Assembly: GCA_021817245.1 (NCBI GenBank)
Contig: JAKAVQ010000002.1
Coordinates: 14,721-78,720 of the forward strand
Length of the DNA stretch: 64,000 nucleotides
Origin: Thermoplasmata archaeon
GTDB taxonomy: Archaea > Thermoplasmatota > Thermoplasmata > Lutacidiplasmatales > UBA184
Direction: 5' to 3'
Below, in pieces: positions 57,633 to 64,000 of the stretch. The notes beneath the pieces were generated by a model. The model made no database searches. It worked only from the letters and a program-made list of their open reading frames with translations, and was not told where the DNA came from. A program made the translations under genes and the position numbers. The first letter of the stretch is position 1, and each line of letters begins with the position of its first letter.

Positions 57633-60563
57633 ATGGTCTCGACGGTCCTCGCGCTCCTCCTCGTGATGGCGGGCGTCGCGGTCGCGTCGACGGTCGTCGC
57701 GCTGCGCAGCCCGATCGCGTTCCGCGTCGCGATGCGCAACGTCCGCCGCGGCCCGTGGAGGACCGCGCTCGTCGTCGTGGGGCTGCTGGTCGGCACGACG
57801 ATCATCTCGGGGAGCCTCGTGATCAACGACACGGTGAGCGCGGTGAACGTCCACTTCGCGTACCAGGCGTACGGGTACACGGACGAAGGGATCTACAACA
57901 GCTCGGTCGCCCAGGGGAACTTCGCCTATGCGTTCTTCCCCGAGTCGATCTACGGGGCGATCGCCAACCGTACCGCTTCCGACCCGCAGATCGTCGGCAC
58001 GACCCCCGAGATCGTGACCGGCGGCAGCATCTTCGACCGGACGGACGGCGTGCCCGAGTCCGGCATCCAGGTCGTGGGGGTGAACGCGAGCGCGGGCGCC
58101 GCCCTCGGCGCGTTCGCCTACGACAACGGCTCCTCGACCCTCGGACCGGCCGTCGGGAGCGTCCTCCTCGACGACCAGCTCGCCGCGAACCTGGGGGCGA
58201 CGGCCGGCGACCGGGTCGTCCTCTACGGCGCGACGCCGGTCCCGCTCGTCGTCCAGGGGGTCGTGAAGGACGACCTGCGCGGCGGATTCCTCGGCGGCAA
58301 CACGGCGTTCGTCAGCCTCGGGGCCGCCCAGTCGCTCTGGAACGCGAGCGGCCGGATCAACTTCGTCGCGGTCACGAACGCGGGCTCGCTCGCCCGGGGG
58401 CTCGCGGCGTCGGGGGCCGTCACGGCACAGCTCAACGCGACGCTCGCGGCGCTCGGGTCGCCCGCGGGCCTCGCGGCGTATCCCCTCCTCGCGACCGCGG
58501 TGGACCAGGCGATCCGCTCGGGGAGCTCGATCACGACCCTGTTCCTCGTCCTCGGCCTCTTCTCGATCGTGGCGGGTGCCCTCCTGATCGTCGGGATCTT
58601 CGTCACGCTCGCCGAGGAGCGCAAAGGCGAGATGGGGATGCTCCGGGCCGTGGGACTCTCCCGCCGCGCGCTCGTCCATACGTACTACTTCGAGGGTCTC
58701 GTCTACGCCGCCGCGAGCGCGCTCGCGGGCACGGCCCTCGGGGTCGCGGTCGGCTACGTGCTGCTCGAGCTCTACGTCCGCTCGGTCTCCTCGCTCTCGC
58801 CCTCGATCGCGACCGCGTTCGCCGAGTCGTTCACCGCGAGCCCCCAGAGCCTCCTGACCGCCTACGTGATCGGCTTCCTGCTGACGCTCGGGACGATCGC
58901 CGCGGCGAGCGCGCGCGTGAGCCGGCTCAACATCGTCCGGGCGATCCGGTCGGTCCCGGAGCCGACCCCGCCGCTCCGCCTGTACACCGGGCTCGCCTAC
59001 GCCGGGGCGGCGCTCGTCGCGCTCGGAGGCCTCCTCTTCGCCGCGACGCGCACCGGGACGGGCGACGTGAACCCCCCGATCGTCGGCCTCGGCCTCGTGA
59101 TCGCCGGCGCCGGGCTCGTCGCCTCGCGGTTCGTGCCGAACCGGGTGACGTTCTCGGTCACGGGGATCCTCCTGATCGCCTGGGCCGGCACGACCTCGCT
59201 CCATCGCGTCGTGCTGGGCAGCCAGCATTCCGACACGATCCTTGCGATCTTCGTGGAGGGGATCCTGATGGTCATCGGCGCGGTCCTCCTCTTCGTCTTC
59301 AATTCCGACCTCCTCGTCCGCGGGATCGGCCGGCTCGCGGGCCGTCGCGGGCGGGCGGTCCCGGTCGTTCGGGTCGGACTCGCGTACCCCCGCCGCCGGC
59401 CGCTGCGCAGCGCGGTCAATTTCATGATCTTCGTGATGGTGATCTTCACGGTCGTCGTCGTCGCCTCCTACGGGGCCGCGGTCCAGCAGGGGCTCGACAA
59501 CAGCGTCACCGCCGAGTCGGGGGGCTACACGTTCTTCGGGTTCACGTCGGTCCCCGTACCGAACCTTCCGGCCGCGATCGCGAACAACTCGACGCTCGCG
59601 GGCGAGTTCTCGACCGTGGTCCCTCTCGTCGTCGGGACGGTCGCCGCCGCGCTGCCCGGCGGGACGGGGGTGTGGGAGGACTCCCTCTACGCCGCGCCGG
59701 CGAACGCCTCCGCCGACCAGAACTTCTACGCGACCAACCGCTACAACTTCACGGCAACGCTCGGCGGTGTGCCCGCGTCGACCGTCTGGAACGAACTCGC
59801 GACCAACGCCTCCGTCGCGGTCGTGGACGGCGCCTACCAGCCCGGCGGGGTGACCTTCGGGGGGTCGCACCCGTCCGTCGCGCTCGGCGCGGTCGTCCCG
59901 CTCGAGAACCCGGCGACCCACGCCGTGCGGACCGTGACCGTCATCGGCTACATGTCGCAGACGTTCCTCGGGGGGTTCTGGGTCAACCCCTCGACCGCGG
60001 CCGCCCTCGGATACTCGGGCGAGGCGGGGTTCCTCCTCACGACCGCGCCCGCCGTCGCGGCGACGACCGCGGCGCAGGACCTGAAACGCGCCTTCTACCC
60101 CGAGGGGCTGGTGCTCCTCGACTTCGCGCAGATCCTCGCGACCAGCGTCCAGACGGTCGAGGGGATCATCGGTCTCCTCGAGGTTTTCGTCGGCCTCGGT
60201 CTCGCGGTCGGGATCGCGGGGATGGGGATCGTCGCGCTGCGGGCGGTCGTCGAGCGCCGCACGCAGATCGGGATGCTCCGGGCGAACGGGTTCACCCGGG
60301 GGATGGTGCTCGCCTCCTTCCTCGTCGAGTACTCCTACGTCACGCTGCTCGGTACCGGGACCGGCACCGCGCTCGCGCTCTGGCTGTACTACAACGCGAC
60401 GGCCGCGAACGCCGGCACCCCGTTCGGAGTCTTCGTGATCCCCGGGACGACGATCGCGACGATCTTCCTCGTCGCGTACGCCCTCACGATCCTCGCGATC
60501 GTGGGCCCGTCCTGGCGGGCCGCGCGGCTTCCGCCCGCCGAGGCGGTCCGCTACACGGAGTGA
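57633..60563 (+). CDS. ABC transporter permease, FtsX/MacB family with duplicated FtsX domain (976 aa)
   Basis: GGGGG RBS + ATG. TM1, large extracytoplasmic domain, 3 TM, second large extracytoplasmic domain, 3 TM. FtsX-like motifs (…EERKGEMGMLRAVGLSRRAL…, …ERRTQIGMLRANGFTRGMV…). Confidence 0.85.
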   Translation: MVSTVLALLLVMAGVAVASTVVALRSPIAFRVAMRNVRRGPWRTALVVVGLLVGTTIISGSLVINDTVSAVNVHFAYQAYGYTDEGIYNSSVAQGNFAYAFFPESIYGAIANRTASDPQIVGTTPEIVTGGSIFDRTDGVPESGIQVVGVNASAGAALGAFAYDNGSSTLGPAVGSVLLDDQLAANLGATAGDRVVLYGATPVPLVVQGVVKDDLRGGFLGGNTAFVSLGAAQSLWNASGRINFVAVTNAGSLARGLAASGAVTAQLNATLAALGSPAGLAAYPLLATAVDQAIRSGSSITTLFLVLGLFSIVAGALLIVGIFVTLAEERKGEMGMLRAVGLSRRALVHTYYFEGLVYAAASALAGTALGVAVGYVLLELYVRSVSSLSPSIATAFAESFTASPQSLLTAYVIGFLLTLGTIAAASARVSRLNIVRAIRSVPEPTPPLRLYTGLAYAGAALVALGGLLFAATRTGTGDVNPPIVGLGLVIAGAGLVASRFVPNRVTFSVTGILLIAWAGTTSLHRVVLGSQHSDTILAIFVEGILMVIGAVLLFVFNSDLLVRGIGRLAGRRGRAVPVVRVGLAYPRRRPLRSAVNFMIFVMVIFTVVVVASYGAAVQQGLDNSVTAESGGYTFFGFTSVPVPNLPAAIANNSTLAGEFSTVVPLVVGTVAAALPGGTGVWEDSLYAAPANASADQNFYATNRYNFTATLGGVPASTVWNELATNASVAVVDGAYQPGGVTFGGSHPSVALGAVVPLENPATHAVRTVTVIGYMSQTFLGGFWVNPSTAAALGYSGEAGFLLTTAPAVAATTAAQDLKRAFYPEGLVLLDFAQILATSVQTVEGIIGLLEVFVGLGLAVGIAGMGIVALRAVVERRTQIGMLRANGFTRGMVLASFLVEYSYVTLLGTGTGTALALWLYYNATAANAGTPFGVFVIPGTTIATIFLVAYALTILAIVGPSWRAARLPPAEAVRYTE

Positions 60564-60653
60564 GGGAGGGCCGCCCGTCCGCGCGGCCCCGCAAACCGGG
60601 CTCGCCGGATGCCTTCATCTACCGGGTGCGCGCATACTTCGGCGAGGACCACC

Positions 60654-60884
60654 ATGAAGTGCGAAGGGTGCGGCGCCGACCTCGCCGAGGGAGCGAAGTT
60701 CTGCAACAGCTGCGGACGGTCCGTGGGCCTCGGACACCGTGTCGGCGAGGAATCGGCCCACGTGGCGAAGGAGGCCGGGGCCGCGGTCGGGAAGGTCGGC
60801 AAGGGGATCGTCGGCGGCGTGAAGGCGTTCGGCGCCGGTGCGAAGAAGGGGTTCAAGGGCTCGGACGACGAGAAGAAGGCCTAG
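60654..60884 (+). CDS. small zinc-ribbon protein with Gly/Ala/Lys-rich C-terminal tail (76 aa)
   Basis: MKCEGCGADLAEGAKFCNSCG (C-x2-C-x10-C-x2-C) then …GAAVGKVGKGIVGGVKAFGAGAKKGFKGSDDEKKA. Internal ATG of ORF 60609. Confidence 0.5.
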   Translation: MKCEGCGADLAEGAKFCNSCGRSVGLGHRVGEESAHVAKEAGAAVGKVGKGIVGGVKAFGAGAKKGFKGSDDEKKA

Positions 60885-60989
60885 TTCCGGACCCTCGGCC
60901 CTGTCCGGAACCGGAGCTCGACGCCGTGACGACCCTTTCGTGGGCGAGCGGACCCGCCGTGCCGGGCCCCTAAGCGGAGGAGGCGGCCC

Positions 60990-61652
60990 GTGAGCCCACC
61001 CTCGGGAGGGGCGAGCGCGGAGGCGAAAGCGATCGTTCGCGAGGGGTGGAACCGGGTCTCGACGATCTACCGCCCCGGAACGACGGGGGCCGACGTCTTC
61101 GGCCACTCGTTCCCCGACCACGAGCGCTGGCTCGGCCCGCTCGTCCGCGCGCTTGCGGCCGGCAGCGAGGTCCTCGATCTGGGGTGCGGCTGCGGCGTCC
61201 CGGACGCGGCGATCCTGGCCGAGCGCTTCCGCGTGACCGGCGTCGACATATCCGACGTTCAGGTCGACCGGGCCCGCACGATCGTTCCGAACGCCCGGTT
61301 CTTCCGGGCCGACATGACCGAGGTCCGGTTCCGCGACGGCGCGTTCGCGGGGATCGTCTGCCTTTACGCGCTCATCCATGTCCCGCTCGACGAGCAGCGC
61401 GGGCTTCTCGCCCGGATGCACCGCTGGCTGCGGCCCGGCGGGGTGGTACTGATCACCACAGGCCAGACGGCGTACACCGGCGTCGAGGAGAACTGGCTCG
61501 GGTCGAACGCGAAGATGTACTGGAGCCACGCCGACGCCGACACCTACGAACGGTGGTTCCGGGCGGAAGGGTTCGAGGTGCTGAGCCGCTCCGTGGTGCC
61601 GGAGCCGGGCGCGGAGCACGCCCTCTTCCTCGTGCGCACGCCCCCCTCCTAG
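60990..61652 (+). CDS. class I SAM-dependent methyltransferase
   Basis: VLDLGCGCG motif I, …VTGVDIS… motif II, …IVCLYAL…. Confidence 0.8.
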   Translation: MSPPSGGASAEAKAIVREGWNRVSTIYRPGTTGADVFGHSFPDHERWLGPLVRALAAGSEVLDLGCGCGVPDAAILAERFRVTGVDISDVQVDRARTIVPNARFFRADMTEVRFRDGAFAGIVCLYALIHVPLDEQRGLLARMHRWLRPGGVVLITTGQTAYTGVEENWLGSNAKMYWSHADADTYERWFRAEGFEVLSRSVVPEPGAEHALFLVRTPPS

Positions 61653-61729
61653 GTCCGCCGGCCCGGCGCGGCCGGCCGTTTCACGACCTTCCCGGCACCC
61701 CGATTCCTCGGCGGGTCGCCCGGGCCGGC

Positions 61730-61990
61730 GTGCGCAAGCGGTCCCGGTCCACGTTCGAGGTCCGCATCTTCCGCACCGCCGTCGGCTACCTCGCCTGGGT
61801 CGAAGGGCTCGGCACGGTCGAGGGACGGACCGTCGCCGGGACGCGACGGGCGGCCCGCGCGCTCGTCCGCGCCACGGTCGGGGCGACGTTCGTCGTTCGG
61901 GATCGTCCCGCGACCGCCGGCGAAGGGCCCGGGTTCACGCTCGAGCGGGCCCGGCGCCGGAAGGCCCCCCGCCGGCCGGACCCCGGGCCG
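61730..61990 (+). CDS. possible HicB-like (UPF0150) antitoxin-fold microprotein; extent unresolved
   Basis: GTG 61730. STFEVRIFRTAVGYLAWVEGLGTVEGRTVAGTRRAARALVRATV resembles the HicB/UPF0150 fold pattern. Frame continues without stop into low-complexity sequence and overlaps a convergent Zn-ribbon ORF, so the 3' end is arbitrary. Confidence 0.25.
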
Positions 61991-62134
61991 TCACGGGCGC
62001 AGCGTGAGCTTCGGGACCTTGAGCTGCCAGTCCCAGTGGTGGGGCTCCGGGTACCCGCACCAGCGCACCCGGACCTCGCGGTCCTCGTAGTGGGCGAGCG
62101 GCTTGCCGCACTTGGGGCACCGTTCCACGGGCAT
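61991..62134 (-). CDS. possible zinc-ribbon microprotein (47 aa)
   Basis: MPVERCPKCGKPLAHYEDREVRVRWCGYPEPHHWDWQLKVPKLTLRP*: CPKC…WCGY…HH, loosely S27ae/Zn-ribbon-like. Only well-composed C-terminal part of ORF 61991..62557. Confidence 0.3.
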   Translation of the reverse strand: MPVERCPKCGKPLAHYEDREVRVRWCGYPEPHHWDWQLKVPKLTLRP

Positions 62135-62226
62135 CGGTCCGGACGACCCGAGCCCTCCGGACGGAATAAGGGCCGTCGGCCGACCGCGCGAAGCCCCGCC
62201 TTGCGGGGCCGGCGCCTGCCGCGCGC

Positions 62227-63354
62227 CTAGCGTCCCTGCTCCACCCCGAACCAGCGGCGGCAGCGCTCTACGTTCGCGATCGTCCCGAGGAGGACGACCG
62301 CGTCGCCGGCCGCGAGCCGGTCGTCCGGCGGCGGGTCGATGCGCGTCTCGTAGTCGCCGTCCGGTCGCCGGTGCGCGTACCCGACGACGATGCAGCCGGT
62401 CTCCCGACGGACGACCGCCGCCGCCTCGTCGAACGTGCGCCCCGTGAGGGGGCTGCGGTCGACGAGGACGTACTCCTGCATGTCGCTGCGCACATCGCCG
62501 GCGCTCAAATCGTCGATCGCGTGCGCGACCTCGGGCTCGAACGCGGCGCTCGCGCACAACCGCCCGCCCATGTCGGCCGGGCTCGTGACGTAGGTGACCC
62601 CGGCGGCCTTGAGCGTCTCCCGGAGCTCGGGCGCCGAGACCGAGACGACGACGCGGACGCTCGGGGCGAGCGCGCGGACGTTGAGCGCGGCGATCATGTT
62701 CGTCGCGTCGTCGTTCGTGCAGACGACGACGCTGTGCGCCGCGGGGACGTTCGACCGGACGAGGAGGTCGCGGTCCCCCGCCGGACCGTACGTCGCGTAG
62801 AGCGTCGATTCGGGCCCGAGGGCCCGGATGTTCGCGACCTCCTCGGCGTTCTGGGCGACGACCGCGACCTTCTGGCCCTGCTCGAGGAGCTCGCGGACCG
62901 CGGCACGGCCCACGCCGCCGTAGCCGAGGACGACGATGTGGCCCTTCAGGTCGGTCCCGAGGAGTCCGAGCACCCGCTTCTGCTGCTCGGACGTCACCGT
63001 CGTGGTGATCACGCTGATCAGGTAGCCCAGCAGGAAGATCTGGATAAAGAGCGTCCCCATCGCGACGAGCCGGGCCGTGGTGTTCGTCGGGACGACGTCC
63101 CCGTACCCGGCGGTCGAGATCGTCACGATCGCCCAGTAGAACGACGTGAAGAGCGGTACCCGAGGCGTCTCGACCGCGTAGAAGAGGAGGGAGCTCGCGA
63201 CGTAGACGACCCCGAAGACCGCGAGGAACGGAGCGACCCGGCGGGCGATCTCGCCGAGGTAGCGGCGGCGGAGGCTGGCCACGCGGCCCGGTAGAGAGGC
63301 CCCTACCTTAGGGTTGCGGACGCGCCGCGGCCGGGTCGCCCCGGCGCGGGGCAA
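62227..63354 (-). CDS. potassium channel with RCK/TrkA-N domain (MthK-like)
   Basis: Pore helix + selectivity filter [15 protein letters not shown]-fold ([18 protein letters not shown]). Start may be an internal GTG ([11 protein letters not shown]…). Confidence 0.85.
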   Translation of the reverse strand: MPRAGATRPRRVRNPKVGASLPGRVASLRRRYLGEIARRVAPFLAVFGVVYVASSLLFYAVETPRVPLFTSFYWAIVTISTAGYGDVVPTNTTARLVAMGTLFIQIFLLGYLISVITTTVTSEQQKRVLGLLGTDLKGHIVVLGYGGVGRAAVRELLEQGQKVAVVAQNAEEVANIRALGPESTLYATYGPAGDRDLLVRSNVPAAHSVVVCTNDDATNMIAALNVRALAPSVRVVVSVSAPELRETLKAAGVTYVTSPADMGGRLCASAAFEPEVAHAIDDLSAGDVRSDMQEYVLVDRSPLTGRTFDEAAAVVRRETGCIVVGYAHRRPDGDYETRIDPPPDDRLAAGDAVVLLGTIANVERCRRWFGVEQGR

Positions 63355-63645
63355 ATGGTAAATACGGTGCCCCGAGTGGACGGCCCCTTGACGGCCGCGA
63401 GCGACCTCGTGGCCCGGGGAAGTGCGATCGTGACGGAGCGTCCGGTGGCGCCGTCCCTGGGTCCCGAGCAGTACACCCGGTTCGAGCGGGCCCGCATCCT
63501 CGGCGCCCGGGCGCTCCAGGTCTCGCTCGGGGCGCCGATCCTCATTGACGTGCCGGGCTCGCTCGTCGACCCGGTCGAGATCGCCGAGCGGGAGTACGCC
63601 GCCGGCCGGATCCCGATCACGGTGCGCCGCGGACCCTCGGAGTAG
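63355..63645 (+). CDS. rpoK: DNA-directed RNA polymerase subunit K (Rpo6/RpoK)
   Basis: …[53 protein letters not shown] matches the RpoK/Rpb6 core. Alternative in-frame GTG start at 63430 would give a canonical ~70-aa protein. Confidence 0.75.
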   Translation: MVNTVPRVDGPLTAASDLVARGSAIVTERPVAPSLGPEQYTRFERARILGARALQVSLGAPILIDVPGSLVDPVEIAEREYAAGRIPITVRRGPSE

Positions 63646-63667
63646 GCGCGGGGCGCCCCCGGGACCC

Positions 63668-64000
63668 CTAGACCCCGGCGTCGTCGAGCGCCCGCGCGCA
63701 CGCGCACGTCGGCGGCACGGCGAGCTTCGGGAGGAGCGCGGCGAGGACCGTCCGCATCCGCTCCCCGTTGCGGCGCATCGTCTCGAGGATCTCCCGGGCC
63801 TCGACCGGACGCTCCGCCCAGACGTCGTAGTCGGTCACGGTCGCGAGGCAGACGTAGCAGAGCGCGCGCTCGCGCGCGAGCGTCACCTCGGGAACGAGCG
63901 TCATCCCGATGATGTCGGCGAACGAGCGGAAGAACGCGGACTCCGCGCGCGTGCTGAACCGCGGGCCCTCGACGCAGACGTACGTCGCCTTCTCCACGAA
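63668..64000 (-). CDS. S-methyl-5'-thioadenosine phosphorylase / purine nucleoside phosphorylase (partial; N-terminus beyond window end)
   Basis: …[55 protein letters not shown]… is the MTAP/PNP-II C-terminal half. Reading frame open to window end. Confidence 0.85.
   Translation of the reverse strand, partial: FVEKATYVCVEGPRFSTRAESAFFRSFADIIGMTLVPEVTLARERALCYVCLATVTDYDVWAERPVEAREILETMRRNGERMRTVLAALLPKLAVPPTCACARALDDAGV

Noticed and set aside
56013-59921. 1302-aa - strand ORF, the longest in the track
   Set aside because: Antisense to the MacB ATPase and FtsX permease genes, which have clear Walker/FtsX motifs. Its translation is RDE-rich low complexity. Same reasoning rejects 53891..55951(-), 33066..35879(-), 19092..21233(-), 21834..23177(-), 25130..26533(-), 41325..43511(+), 47596..49296(-), 49977..51614(-), 13229..14461(-), 38324..39619(+) and 27431..29806(-).
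56675-60973. 1432-aa + strand ORF and 33398..36418 / 45136..47316 alternative-frame giants
   Set aside because: Alternative frames of real genes (FtsX permease, ileS, trmI/membrane protein). Arg/Pro/Gly-dominated translations typical of out-of-frame reading of 70% GC coding DNA.

Overview
High-GC (~70%) archaeal chromosomal segment, about 90% coding. Archaeal hallmarks are ribosomal protein L40e, archease, RNA polymerase subunit K, digeranylgeranylglycerophospholipid reductase with its partner ferredoxin, dolichyl-phosphate glycosyltransferase, a KEOPS Pcc1-like ORF, a LysW-type amino-group carrier operon, and an intron-less tRNA-Gly(GCC). Class-level placement is not possible from sequence alone; possibly an uncultivated Thermoplasmatota-like lineage. 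Genes sit in tight operons with frequent GTG starts and 4-nt start/stop overlaps (ATGA/GTGA). Many long ORFs in the six-frame track are GC-driven antisense or alternative-frame artefacts and were discarded. Main blocks: (1) a complete 8-gene argG-argH-lysW-lysX-argC-argB-argD-lysK(argE) carrier-protein arginine biosynthesis operon with a divergent ACT-domain regulator; (2) a NiCoT transporter-NikR-aminopeptidase operon; (3) an HFX_2341-family regulator next to a hypothetical + GDE-type glycogen debranching enzyme pair; (4) an ABC-2 exporter + flavin reductase + thioredoxin reductase operon; (5) ferredoxin-GGR, a DUF1028/Pcc1 pair and a fused EtfB-EtfA ORF; (6) IleRS, AMMECR1, L40e, archease, glycosyltransferase; (7) a six-gene MoxR/DUF58/DUF4129 operon; (8) TrmI with no canonical start codon, and two tandem YVTN beta-propeller surface proteins; (9) tRNA-Gly followed by an unknown wHTH protein; (10) a HesB-DUF59 fusion, a MacB/FtsX-type ABC exporter, a Zn-ribbon Gly/Lys-tail microprotein, a SAM-MTase, a K+ channel, RpoK and MTAP. 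No CRISPR array, integrase or transposase was seen.
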